Below are positions 20,122-30,008 of a stretch of 64,000 nucleotides of DNA, piece by piece. Both the position numbers and the translations under genes were made by a program. Positions within the stretch are counted from its first letter, which is position 1. Each line of letters begins with the position of its first letter. The notes beneath the pieces are model-generated. The model saw only the letters and a program-made list of their open reading frames with translations. It did not search any database and was not told the DNA's origin. This DNA comes from Gallionella sp. (GTDB lineage Bacteria > Pseudomonadota > Gammaproteobacteria > Burkholderiales > Gallionellaceae). The stretch spans positions 46,099-110,098 of the forward strand of contig JBAUQH010000057.1 of assembly GCA_049580605.1 (NCBI GenBank), read 5' to 3'.

Positions 20122-20718
20122 ATGATCATGGATAAATGGAAAATCACCGCGTTGCTGGCTGTCGTGCTTTCGATAGGCTGCGCCGGTGCGGATGCCGCAG
20201 AATTCTCGCTGGACAATAATGACTTCCTGGTCTGGCTGTTCGATTTCCAGCGCACCAATGGAGTGAAACCGGTTACCGACAAGCAATACCAGGAAGAATG
20301 CGGCGCGTGCCACTTTGCCTATCAGCCCGGGCTGCTGCCGGCAAAATCCTGGGAGACGCTGCTGACAGACCAGGCTTTGCGCAAACATTTCGGCGTCAAT
20401 GCCGAGCTCGATGACGATACGCTGAAAGCTATCCGCGATTATGCAATCGGCAATTCCGCGGAAAAATCCTGGTACAAACGGTCGCGCAAGATCGCGGCGG
20501 CAACCGCGCAGGGACCGGCGCCGCTGCGCATCACCCGGCTGCGCTATATTGCCCGCACCCACCACGATATCCCTGAGAAAATGATCAATGGCAACCAAGA
20601 TGTGAAGTCGCTGAGTTTCTGCGACAAGTGCCACACCCAGGCCGCGAAGGGCGTCTATGATGCGGATACCGTGAATATTCCGCACTATCCTAACTGGGAT
20701 GGCTGGTTCAACAAATAG
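20122..20718 (+). CDS. Second dihaem cytochrome c (DHC family)
   Basis: Signal peptide, ECGACHFAYQPGLLP, HFG, FCDKCH. Confidence 0.88.
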   Translation: MIMDKWKITALLAVVLSIGCAGADAAEFSLDNNDFLVWLFDFQRTNGVKPVTDKQYQEECGACHFAYQPGLLPAKSWETLLTDQALRKHFGVNAELDDDTLKAIRDYAIGNSAEKSWYKRSRKIAAATAQGPAPLRITRLRYIARTHHDIPEKMINGNQDVKSLSFCDKCHTQAAKGVYDADTVNIPHYPNWDGWFNK

Positions 20719-20730
20719 TCCGGTCTGAAA

Positions 20731-21603
20731 TCAGGGTCGGGTTTTAAGGTTGCCGGTTAACGCGGCCAGTTCCGGTTCACTGAATCCAGCTGCGCGTCTG
20801 GCTGCAAGATTGAACGGTCCGCGCATCACCGGGGCATGATATGCGTCGGCGAGTTGCGCATACGCGGCAACCGGTTCCAGACCGCGCTGCCCGCACAGCC
20901 AGTAGTACCAGCGGTTTCCGGTCGCGACGTGGCCGATTTCGTCTTTCAGGATGATATCCAGGATCGCCGCGGCGGCCGTGTCCCCGGCCTGTTCAAGCTT
21001 GGCGCGCACCTGCGGGGTGGCATCCAGTCCGCGCGCTTCCATGGTGCGCGGCACCAGCGCGATGCGCGCAACGATGTCATGCCGGGTTTTCGCCGCCATC
21101 TCCCACAGGCTGTTGTGCGCCGGAAAATCCCCGTAAGCGTAGCCCTGATCATGCAGATGCCCGCACAACAGCGAGAAATGCAGCGCCTCTTCATCCGCGA
21201 CCTGCAGCCATTCCGCGTAATATTCGCGCGGCATGCCGGCGAACCGCCAGACCGCATCCAGCGCCAGGTTGATTGCATTGAACTCGATATGCGCCAGCGC
21301 GTGGATCAGGGCCGCACGGCCTTCCGGGGTAGCCATCGAACGGCGCCCGACCGACAGCGGCGACACCAGTTCCGGTTTGGCGGGCTGGCCGGGGATGGAC
21401 TTATCCGCGGACAATGCCGGATGCGTATCCACCCCGATTTGACCGGCGCGCCAGGCCTGCGCCAGCCGCCGCACGCCTTCGGCCTTGCGCACCGCGTCGC
21501 ATTCCGCGAGCCAGAACAGCGCCGCATGCCGCAATTCTGACGGCGAAGTATCGCCGCAAGCGGGAGAGGGTGTTTCCACGACAGGTTCAGGCACGATGCC
21601 CAT
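20731..21603 (-). CDS. Ferritin-like domain protein (DUF455)
   Basis: HALAHIEFNAINLALD, EEALHF, EARGLD, DEIGHV. Confidence 0.9.
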   Translation of the reverse strand: MGIVPEPVVETPSPACGDTSPSELRHAALFWLAECDAVRKAEGVRRLAQAWRAGQIGVDTHPALSADKSIPGQPAKPELVSPLSVGRRSMATPEGRAALIHALAHIEFNAINLALDAVWRFAGMPREYYAEWLQVADEEALHFSLLCGHLHDQGYAYGDFPAHNSLWEMAAKTRHDIVARIALVPRTMEARGLDATPQVRAKLEQAGDTAAAAILDIILKDEIGHVATGNRWYYWLCGQRGLEPVAAYAQLADAYHAPVMRGPFNLAARRAAGFSEPELAALTGNLKTRP

Positions 21604-21720
21604 ATTTAACGCCGAACAGGAAAGTGACAGGCAGGCTTATACCATTCCCGGCGGGACTTATCATAGCCCAGGGCAATGTGATTTAATCGTGCCGGGTTTT
21701 GTCCTGACCGGGCACCAACC

Positions 21721-22365
21721 ATGATCCGCCTGCAAAATATTGGCACAGCCGGACTGCTGGCAACTATCCTGTTTGCCGGCGCGACGGCCTGCGCCGCCGA
21801 ACTCGCCGATATCGCCATGCAGCACGGCAGCGGCGACCCGGTCGCGGGAAAATTCGAATCCGGCCTGTGCAAGGGTTGCCATGGCGCGGAAGGAATCGGC
21901 TTCGTGGAACTGATCCCGAATCTCGCCGGACAGAATTCCGGTTATACCGCCAAGCAAATGCGTGACTTCCAGTCCGGTGCCCGCACCCACCAGATCATGA
22001 GCGCGATATCCAGGTCGGTTACCGCTACCGAGCTGGCAGACATTTCTGCGTATTTTGCCGGGCTGAGAATCATGCAGGGAAACGGCAGCGGCGCGAATCC
22101 GTTTGCAGAAAAACTGTTTCACAATGGCGACCCCGCCAGGGGCATACCGGCATGTGCGGGTTGCCATGGGGAAAAGGGCAAGATACCCGTCAAGGCAAGC
22201 TATCCGGTCATTGGCGGTCAGCACGCGGAATATCTGCGGGTCCAGCTGTTCCACTTTCGCGGCGGCGATCGCGGCAACAGTCCGGACGGCATGATGAACA
22301 GGGCCGCAAAAAACTTGACCGATGCCGAGATCGAATCGTTGTCGGATTATCTCTCGGGTTTATAA
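21721..22365 (+). CDS. Cytochrome c4-type dihaem cytochrome
   Basis: Signal peptide, CKGCH and CAGCH, PNLAGQ; Met ligands in IMSAI and MMNRA. Confidence 0.9.
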   Translation: MIRLQNIGTAGLLATILFAGATACAAELADIAMQHGSGDPVAGKFESGLCKGCHGAEGIGFVELIPNLAGQNSGYTAKQMRDFQSGARTHQIMSAISRSVTATELADISAYFAGLRIMQGNGSGANPFAEKLFHNGDPARGIPACAGCHGEKGKIPVKASYPVIGGQHAEYLRVQLFHFRGGDRGNSPDGMMNRAAKNLTDAEIESLSDYLSGL

Positions 22366-22407
22366 CCGGACCGGTTTGTGGTCAGGCTGGATTGTGCTTC
22401 GGGTTGT

Positions 22408-25400
22408 CTAAACAGGCGGCAACACAAATTTTTGTTCGCGGAACAAGCGCAGGCATGCATCGGCGACCACCGGATCGTAAAGGGTTCCGCTGCCGCGTGT
22501 GATTTCGGCCAGCGCCTTGTCGATGCCGAGTCCCGGCCGGTAGGGGCGATGCGAGGCCATCGCCTCGACCACGTCCGCCACTGCCATGATGCGCGACTCC
22601 AGCAATATCTCGTCGCCCTTCAGCCCGTTCGGATAGCCGCTGCCGTCCATGCGCTCGTGGTGTTGCAGCGCAATGGTCGCGACCGGCCACGGGAATGGCA
22701 CGATCTTCAGCACATCGTAGCTCGCCTGGGCGTGCCCCTGTACCAGCGCGTATTCGGTTGCATTGAGCCTGCCGGGTTTGACCAGTATCTCTGACGGAAT
22801 GCTGATCTTGCCGATGTCATGCAAATAGCCCGCGACCTTTATTCCTTCTATGTGTTGTTCGTCCATGCCCAGTTCAGTGGCGATCGCGACAGCGATTTCC
22901 GAAACGCGGCGCTCGTGGCCGGCGGTATAGGGGTCGCGCATTTCCGACAGGCTGGTCGCCAGTTGCACCGTACTCATAAAGGTGGACTTGAGCTGGTCTA
23001 CATACGTCAAGATGCGCTCTTCGTCGCGTTTCTTCTCCGAGATGTCCTGAACCAGTCCGATCACCGCAGGCTGGCCATGATAGAAGGCATAGGACGCGTT
23101 CGCGCCAACCGTGATGGTGTGTCCTTCTGCGTGAACAACACAAAATTCCAGTGCGACTTTCGACACTTCTTTGTCAAGGAGTTTGCGCATGTTCTCCGCA
23201 ACCTTGCCTTGATCGGCGCTGGCGATAAATTGCATGAAGTCATTTCCGATCAGATCGTCCACAGAGCCGTGCCCGACAATTTCGGCCGCGCGCGGATTCA
23301 CATAGATCAGCTTGCCGTCCTGGATGATGTAGATGCCGGCCAGCGACTGTTCGACAAGGCCGCGGAAGCGTTGTTCGGAATCGAGGAGTTCCTGCTCTGC
23401 ATGTTTGCGTTCGCTGATATCGCGGAAATACCAGACGCGTCCGTAGTAATGGCCATCCGCTCCGGTGATAGGAGCGGAATACCGGTCGATGATCCTGCCG
23501 TCCTTTAGCGGTATTTCCTCGCGACTCTTGTCTTCACGGTGCTCGTACAGATAACTGACGCGGGCAAAAAATGCTTCCGTATTCGCGACCTGGTCGGTAA
23601 CTGATTGGAGCACCGGTTCATCATTACCCGCGCTGACGACTTGCACGGAGAGCCGCCACATGTCTATGAATTGTTGATTGTAGGAAATAATATGTCCATC
23701 CCCGCCGACTACTAGGATGGCATCGAGCGTTGTTTCCTGCTGGGTCGTCAGGATCGTGTTCTTGAATTCCAGTTCCTGCTGTGCAACTTTAAGCTTGGTG
23801 ATGTCCTGTAATGTACCTTTTAACCTGACGATTTCCCCTTCTTCCTTTTCAACCAGGGCGATGGTTCTGACCCATTTGTGGTTGCCCTTGGCGGTCACCA
23901 ACTCCAGTTCCAGATCGTAGGGTGTGCCGTCTGCAATGGCTGCCGAGATTGCCGCTTCGATCTTCTGTTTCGATTCGCCCTGAAAATATCTAAGCCCGAT
24001 ATCGCGGCTGGTTTTCTCTCCGGCATCCATGTCATATATCCGCGCCACCTCCTGCGTCCAGGTTCCTTCGCCCGTCCGGGGGTCGAATTCCCAGCCGCCC
24101 ACCATTGCTATCTTGCCCACCTCGGCGAGCAGGGCCTCGTTATGCCTAAGCAACTCTTCTGCTTGTTTGCGCTCCGCTTCGCGGGCGAAGTTGTCAAGTG
24201 CAAAGCTGATATCGGTCGCCACTTCCGTCAGCAGCCTGCGCGCATCTTCGTCGAATGCATTGACCGTGTCCGAATAGATCGTCAGGCAACCGACGGGGGT
24301 GCCTTTCAGGCTCAGCGGCAGCGCGGCAGAACTCTTCATGCCGTATTGAATACCCTTGTCTCGCCAGGGAGCCAGATTCGGATCTTGTTCATACTCCTGG
24401 CACCAATAAGCCCGGTTTTCGCGTATTGCGGTGCCGGTCGGGCCGCGCCCGAACGGATCGCCGGCATCCAACGAAATCCGGGTACCCTCCAGATATTCCG
24501 AGCCGGTTCCGTATGAGGCAACCGGATTGACCTGCTTGCCTGCCTCGTCGACCAGCCCGATCCAGGCCAGTTTCATGCCGCCGAACTGCACCGCGACTCG
24601 GCAGATTATCGGAAACAACTCTTGCTCGCTGGCGCAGCGCACGATGGCCTGGTTGCATTCGCTCAATGCGGCATAGAGCTGGGTTTGTCTGGTAATTTTT
24701 TCTTCGGCTGCCTTGCGCTCGGTAATGTTCTCTTTTACAGCCAGGAAATGCGTCATGCGCCCGTCCGGCTGGAACACCGGCGAGATAATCGCAGACTCGA
24801 CATATTCGCTGCCGTCCTTGCGCCGGTTGATAAACTCGCCTTCCCATGACTTGCCATTGATCAGATGGGCCCACATATCTTCGTAGGTAGCCTTGGGGGT
24901 TTTGCCGGAATGAAGCAGCCGCGGATTGCTTCCGATCACTTCATCGATACCATAGCCGCTCTCTGTCGCAAAAGCCGGATTGGCATATTCGATATTCGCG
25001 TCGAGGTCGGTAATGACGATCGAGCTCGGGCTCTGCTCCACGGCTTGCAGAAGTTTGCGTACCGATTCGTCGGTGTGTTTGCGCTCGGTGATGTCCTCGG
25101 AAAAAATCACGATGCCGCCCACATTGCCGTCGCTGGATAGCCACGGCCTGATCTCCCACTGCAGCCATTGCACGGAACCGTCAGCCCGTTCGAAACGGTC
25201 CTCATCACTGCGCAACACCTCGCCCGCCAGGGCGCGGGCATGCAACGCTCTCCAGCGCGCTGAAATTTCGGGGAAGATCTCATAGTGGGAACGGCCAATG
25301 AGCTGCTGGTTGTCCAGCGCATAATCCTTCATCCAGCGGAGGCTGAAAGCCAGATAGCGCATGTCGCGGTCGAACATTGCAAGGGCGACCGGCGCATGTT

Positions 25401-26709
25401 CGATGAACAAACGCAGCAGCTCGTTGTTTTCCCTGAGCGACTCAGCCGTGCGGGCCTGCAACGCCAGTCGCTGCGTGCGTTGCTGCTGGCGCAGGAACAT
25501 CAGCAGCAATGCCAGGATCATGAACACGGCAACGGTGCCGATCGCGCTGACCCAGTACAGCAGGTCCCTTACCGGTTGCAGAATCTCGCTTCGGTCCTGC
25601 TTGGCAATAAGCTGCCATCCTGTTCCCGCGACCGGCCGGTAGGCTGCCAGTACCGGTATCCCGCGGTAATCCGTTCCCGATGTCGTTCCTGGCTGGTTCG
25701 CGCGGACCGCGATGGCGGCGGGCAGGTCCGGATTGGCCAGTTTGCCGTAAAAGGTCAGAGCGGCTTTCTTGTGAAAGCGCAAATCGTTGAGGAACTGGAC
25801 TTCATTGCCATCGGAGCGCACCAGCAGGGTTTCGCCGCTGCTGCTTTTTTCCGGCCAGACCTGTATCAATGGGTAGAGAAATTTACCCGGCAGGGTACGC
25901 AACACGGCCAGGCCGACTGTGCGTTTGCCGTGATGGCCGGTCGCTGTGACAGGCACCAGCCAGTCCAGGTAGATGTTGCCGGAATTATTCCGGTACAGGT
26001 CGCTGAATATGATCCGGCCGCTGCTCAGCGCCTGGTGTATCAGGTTTTCGGGAGGTTTGTCAGTGTCGCTGCCGAGTGATGACAGTAAACGTCCATCGGG
26101 AGCGAATAACAGGATGGTGTCAAAACCATGGTTGTTGAGCATCGATCTGAGCTCGCCGGAGATTGAACGGTTCGGTATGACCTTGGGCGCGCTTGACTGG
26201 AAATCTTCCATCTGCGAGACGAATCCCGTGTTGTCGGCCAGCCCCTGTGCATCGCTGCTGCGCTCGGCCAGCCATTGTTCGATCTGGCGGCCCTTGAGTT
26301 CTGCGATCGCCCCCAGATTTTGATAAGCGCTGTTTTCTCTCGCCGGAACGCGCTGTTCGTAGATGGTCAGATCCATCGCGGGTACGACCATGACCAGCAG
26401 GATCAGCGTCAGCATCAATAACAGGATGTTCGGTTTGGCAATTTCGCTGATCGAAACCGGTGTTGCAGTTCCCGAGTACTTGTTCCACCCCTTCAGCAGC
26501 AAATAGAGCAGCCCGCTGGTGACGGCGACGAAAGCCAGACCCTTGGCCAGTTCGATGCGGCTTTGCAGCAACGCGTCGGAGACGGTGAATGTCAGCAGGT
26601 AGCCGGACAATATGATCCACAGCGCGGCGAGGACGGCGTATAGCAGCGCGATGCCGGCGGGTGTAAGTTGGAGAATCTTCAGGCGATTGCGAAATGACAT
26701 CGATATCAT
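22408..26709 (-). CDS. Membrane-bound multi-PAS/GAF HD-GYP c-di-GMP phosphodiesterase
   Basis: N-terminal TM segments and periplasmic Cache-like region, about five PAS repeats, a GAF domain, RDPYTAGH, LHDIGK, HHERMDGSGYP. Confidence 0.92.
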   Translation of the reverse strand: MISMSFRNRLKILQLTPAGIALLYAVLAALWIILSGYLLTFTVSDALLQSRIELAKGLAFVAVTSGLLYLLLKGWNKYSGTATPVSISEIAKPNILLLMLTLILLVMVVPAMDLTIYEQRVPARENSAYQNLGAIAELKGRQIEQWLAERSSDAQGLADNTGFVSQMEDFQSSAPKVIPNRSISGELRSMLNNHGFDTILLFAPDGRLLSSLGSDTDKPPENLIHQALSSGRIIFSDLYRNNSGNIYLDWLVPVTATGHHGKRTVGLAVLRTLPGKFLYPLIQVWPEKSSSGETLLVRSDGNEVQFLNDLRFHKKAALTFYGKLANPDLPAAIAVRANQPGTTSGTDYRGIPVLAAYRPVAGTGWQLIAKQDRSEILQPVRDLLYWVSAIGTVAVFMILALLLMFLRQQQRTQRLALQARTAESLRENNELLRLFIEHAPVALAMFDRDMRYLAFSLRWMKDYALDNQQLIGRSHYEIFPEISARWRALHARALAGEVLRSDEDRFERADGSVQWLQWEIRPWLSSDGNVGGIVIFSEDITERKHTDESVRKLLQAVEQSPSSIVITDLDANIEYANPAFATESGYGIDEVIGSNPRLLHSGKTPKATYEDMWAHLINGKSWEGEFINRRKDGSEYVESAIISPVFQPDGRMTHFLAVKENITERKAAEEKITRQTQLYAALSECNQAIVRCASEQELFPIICRVAVQFGGMKLAWIGLVDEAGKQVNPVASYGTGSEYLEGTRISLDAGDPFGRGPTGTAIRENRAYWCQEYEQDPNLAPWRDKGIQYGMKSSAALPLSLKGTPVGCLTIYSDTVNAFDEDARRLLTEVATDISFALDNFAREAERKQAEELLRHNEALLAEVGKIAMVGGWEFDPRTGEGTWTQEVARIYDMDAGEKTSRDIGLRYFQGESKQKIEAAISAAIADGTPYDLELELVTAKGNHKWVRTIALVEKEEGEIVRLKGTLQDITKLKVAQQELEFKNTILTTQQETTLDAILVVGGDGHIISYNQQFIDMWRLSVQVVSAGNDEPVLQSVTDQVANTEAFFARVSYLYEHREDKSREEIPLKDGRIIDRYSAPITGADGHYYGRVWYFRDISERKHAEQELLDSEQRFRGLVEQSLAGIYIIQDGKLIYVNPRAAEIVGHGSVDDLIGNDFMQFIASADQGKVAENMRKLLDKEVSKVALEFCVVHAEGHTITVGANASYAFYHGQPAVIGLVQDISEKKRDEERILTYVDQLKSTFMSTVQLATSLSEMRDPYTAGHERRVSEIAVAIATELGMDEQHIEGIKVAGYLHDIGKISIPSEILVKPGRLNATEYALVQGHAQASYDVLKIVPFPWPVATIALQHHERMDGSGYPNGLKGDEILLESRIMAVADVVEAMASHRPYRPGLGIDKALAEITRGSGTLYDPVVADACLRLFREQKFVLPPV

Positions 26710-27032
26710 CCTGTTGTTTTGCCTGCTGAACCGCTTCGCATACAGTTGCAGTAATCAGGACGTCAATTTGACTGGTCAATCTGACTGGTCGGGCGGATCG
26801 TTGAGCGGGTTGGTTGAACTCATCAAATCATGCAACTTAATCATTCTGTACCCGATATTTACTTATTGCAATGATAATATTCCATAACAACAATATCTTA
26901 CAATTGCTCGCCGGTTGATTATCGGTTCGGGCAACCTCCCAAGTTGGGCAGCGCGTTGCCTGCCATTTCAGCGATCCGGCACAATCGGGTGCTGCTTTGT
27001 CATTGCATGGGTGATGTGGTTTAATCGCTGCC

Positions 27033-27905
27033 ATGAAATTTCCCTTCCAGAATGTCGCGCTGATCGGCAAACACAAGGCCCCGGAAATCGCGGAGCCCCT
27101 GCTGCGTTTGGCCGAGTTCCTGACATTCCGGGGATTGACCGTGGTGGTGGACAACCTGACGGCCGGGCATCTGAAGGGCAGTCCTTATCAGGCGATGACC
27201 CTGGACGAAATGGGGCGGGCGGTGGACCTGGCGATCGTGCTGGGCGGGGACGGCACCATGCTGAATATCGCGCGCACGCTGTCGCCGTGCAATATTCCGC
27301 TGGTCGGGGTGAATCAGGGGCGGCTCGGATTCCTGACCGATCTGACGCTGGACAACATGCTGGACAGCATTGCTGCGATGCTGGACGGCAAGTTCATCAC
27401 CGAGCAGCGCCTGTTGATTTCTGCGCGGGTGCTGCGCGACGATGTGGAAATATTCAGGGCGTCGGCATTCAACGAGGTGGTGGTGCACCGCAACAATATC
27501 GGCAGCATGATCGAGTTCGAGGTGCGCATCGACGACGAATACCTTTACAACCAGCGCGCCGACGGACTGATCATCGCGACGCCCACCGGTTCCACCGCCT
27601 ATGCGATGTCTTCGGGCGGGCCGATCCTGCATCCCGGGCTCGATGTGCTGGAACTGGTTCCGGTCTGCCCGCACACCCTGAGCAACCGGCCGCTGGTGGT
27701 GAAGAGTTCATCGGAGATCGAGATACTCCTGCATCGCACCGGCGACATGAGCGTGCGCTTCGACAGCCACTCCAGTTATGAATTGCAACTGCACGACAAG
27801 ATCATTGTCACGCGCCATCCCGACACGGCCTGCCTGCTGCATCCGGCCGGGCACAGCTATTACCACACGCTGCGCGAGAAACTGCTGTGGAACCAGACGC
27901 TATGA
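27033..27905 (+). CDS. nadK: NAD kinase
   Basis: GGDGT, GRLGFL, NEVV, TPTGSTAY. Confidence 0.97.
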   Translation: MKFPFQNVALIGKHKAPEIAEPLLRLAEFLTFRGLTVVVDNLTAGHLKGSPYQAMTLDEMGRAVDLAIVLGGDGTMLNIARTLSPCNIPLVGVNQGRLGFLTDLTLDNMLDSIAAMLDGKFITEQRLLISARVLRDDVEIFRASAFNEVVVHRNNIGSMIEFEVRIDDEYLYNQRADGLIIATPTGSTAYAMSSGGPILHPGLDVLELVPVCPHTLSNRPLVVKSSSEIEILLHRTGDMSVRFDSHSSYELQLHDKIIVTRHPDTACLLHPAGHSYYHTLREKLLWNQTL

Positions 27906-28087
27906 TGCAACCTGCTTTACGGCCAAGCAGCATTGTCGCGTGCGCCCTTGCCCCTGAGCGTAGCGGTCGCAGCTTTGGCTGCGGGCACCGCACGGTCTAC
28001 CCCTTGCGGGTGCGTCTACCAGACGCGGTAAGTCTCGTTGCGCGTTGCGCGTCTCCTTGCATCTTGAACTGCTCGTGACGGTTGTCG
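27906..28087 (+). repeat. Palindromic element copy A, with nested hairpin module at about 27951-28012
   Basis: Aligns by eye with 36839-37045 (CTGCTTT..GTCGCGTGC..CTACCAG..GGTAwGTCT..CTTGCA..CTGCTCGyGACG); terminal stem only weak. Confidence 0.75.
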
Positions 28088-28097
28088 AGGCGAAGTC

Positions 28098-29756
28098 ATG
28101 CTGAAATTCCTGGCCATCCGCGATTTCGTCATCGTCTCCACGCTGGAGCTGGATTTCATGCCGGGTTTCACCGTGCTGACCGGCGAGACCGGCGCGGGCA
28201 AGTCCATCCTGATCGACGCATTGTCGCTGGCGCTCGGCGAACGCGGCGATGCGGCGATGGTGCGCAACGGCTGCGAGCGCGCCGAGATTGCCGCCGAGTT
28301 CGATATCGCCGCGCTGCCCCAGCTGCAGGACTGGTTGCGCGAGCAGGAACTGGAAGGCGATGCGGGTGTTTGCCTGCTGCGCCGGGTGCTGGATGCCGGC
28401 GGACGTTCGCGCGGTTTCATCAACGGACGCAGCGCGACATTGCAGCAGCTGCGCGCAGCGGGCGACCAGTTGCTCGACATACACGGCCAGAACGCCCATC
28501 AATCGCTGCTGAGACCGGATACCCAGCGCGCGCTGCTGGATGGGTATGCGGGCGTGACCGACACGACGGAACAGGTTGCCGCGCTGTATCGCGACTGGCA
28601 AACGCTGCGCCGCCGGCGCATCAGCCTGAGCGAGAATGCCGAAGCCGTGGCCGCCGAGCGCGAATTGCTTCAGTTCCAGCGCAGCGAACTGGAAGGTCTG
28701 GGATTCGCCGCCGCGGACTGGGCTGCGGTGCAGGAGGATCATGCGCGGCTGGCCCATGCCGCGAGCTTGCTGGAGACCGCCGCGTTCGGCATCGAAACGC
28801 TGGGCGAGGCGGATGACTCATGCCTCGCGCAGCTCAATGCGGTGGCATCGCGCTTGCGCGACGGCATGGCGCACGATGCCAGTCTGGGCGAAACGCTGCA
28901 GATGCTGGAAAGCGCCGAGGCGGAACTGCAGGAAACCGTCCATGCGCTGCGCCATTACCAGCAGCGCATGGATACCGACCCGCAGCGCCTGCACGAACAG
29001 GAGCAGCGCATCCAGACGGTGCTGGATACCGCGCGCAAATACCGCGTCGCGCCGGAACAATTGGACGTGGCATTGCAGCGCATCATCGCGCGCCTGGAAG
29101 AACTGGGCGGCGATGCCGATCTCGCGGAACTGGCCCGGCAGGAAGAGACTGCGCTGCAGAACTATCTTGCCGCGGCGAAAAAGCTGACTGCTGCGCGCAG
29201 CAAGGCAGCAGCCAAACTGTCGCGGGAAATCACCGAATCGATGCAGACACTGGCGATGCAGGGCGGCAGTTTTGCGGTGTCTTTGCTGCCGCCGGCCGAG
29301 GCCGGCGCGTACGGCATGGAAGCCGTCGAATTCCAGGTTGCAGCCAATCCAGGCGTGCCGACGCGCAGTCTGGCCAGGGTCGCTTCGGGCGGCGAACTGT
29401 CGCGCATCAGCCTCGCGATCCAGGTCGCCACTTCACGGCTTGCCAGCGTGCCGACGCTGATCTTCGACGAGGTTGACAGCGGCATCGGCGGACGTGTCGC
29501 CGAAATCGTCGGGCATCTGCTGAAGAAGCTGGGCAAGGATTACCAGGTGCTGTGCGTGACCCATTTGCCGCAGGTCGCCGCGGCAGCGGACCGGCATTGG
29601 CAGGTCAGCAAGGCGGTGGAAGACGGCGTCACGCTGAGCCACATTACCCGGCTTGATGACAAGCAGCGCGTCGAGGAGATTGCGCGCATGCTGGGCGGTG
29701 CGAAGATTACCGAGACGACGCGCAAGCATGCGGCGGAGATGCTGACAGGGAATTGA
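28098..29756 (+). CDS. recN: DNA repair protein RecN
   Basis: TGETGAGKS, ASGGELSR, FDEVDSG, VTHLPQVA. Confidence 0.97.
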   Translation: MLKFLAIRDFVIVSTLELDFMPGFTVLTGETGAGKSILIDALSLALGERGDAAMVRNGCERAEIAAEFDIAALPQLQDWLREQELEGDAGVCLLRRVLDAGGRSRGFINGRSATLQQLRAAGDQLLDIHGQNAHQSLLRPDTQRALLDGYAGVTDTTEQVAALYRDWQTLRRRRISLSENAEAVAAERELLQFQRSELEGLGFAAADWAAVQEDHARLAHAASLLETAAFGIETLGEADDSCLAQLNAVASRLRDGMAHDASLGETLQMLESAEAELQETVHALRHYQQRMDTDPQRLHEQEQRIQTVLDTARKYRVAPEQLDVALQRIIARLEELGGDADLAELARQEETALQNYLAAAKKLTAARSKAAAKLSREITESMQTLAMQGGSFAVSLLPPAEAGAYGMEAVEFQVAANPGVPTRSLARVASGGELSRISLAIQVATSRLASVPTLIFDEVDSGIGGRVAEIVGHLLKKLGKDYQVLCVTHLPQVAAAADRHWQVSKAVEDGVTLSHITRLDDKQRVEEIARMLGGAKITETTRKHAAEMLTGN

Positions 29757-29947
29757 AAAACTACTGATGAAACGACTAGCCATCTGACTAGACTGCCAAA
29801 CGACGACAGCCAAGTCATTGGTTATGCGTTCGGAATAACTGCGTTGCACAAGCATTCAAAATGCTCGTTTACTACATGTAAACCCCGCTTTTTCGTCGTT
29901 GCGCGCCTTGTTCTTCCATCGCTCGCTACGTTTTTCAACACCCTGTC
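29744..29947 (+). repeat. Palindromic/MITE-like element copy B with 18-bp terminal IR
   Basis: GACAGGGAATTGAAAAAC / GTTTTTCAACACCCTGTC (16/18); contains the recN stop. Confidence 0.85.
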
Positions 29948-30008
29948 CGGTGCGGCCGCTTGAGGTATCATACGACGGCTTTGAATTTGAATATTGATTA
30001 GGAATGCC

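Noticed and set aside
26867..26885. Fur-box-like AATGATAAT in an AT-rich tract
   Set aside because: Only about 10/19 match and no second half-site.
29764..29830. CTGATGA followed by AAAC, suggestive of a hammerhead ribozyme core
   Set aside because: No stem II between CUGAUGA and GAAA, and the motif is not kept in the sister module (CTGATTG).
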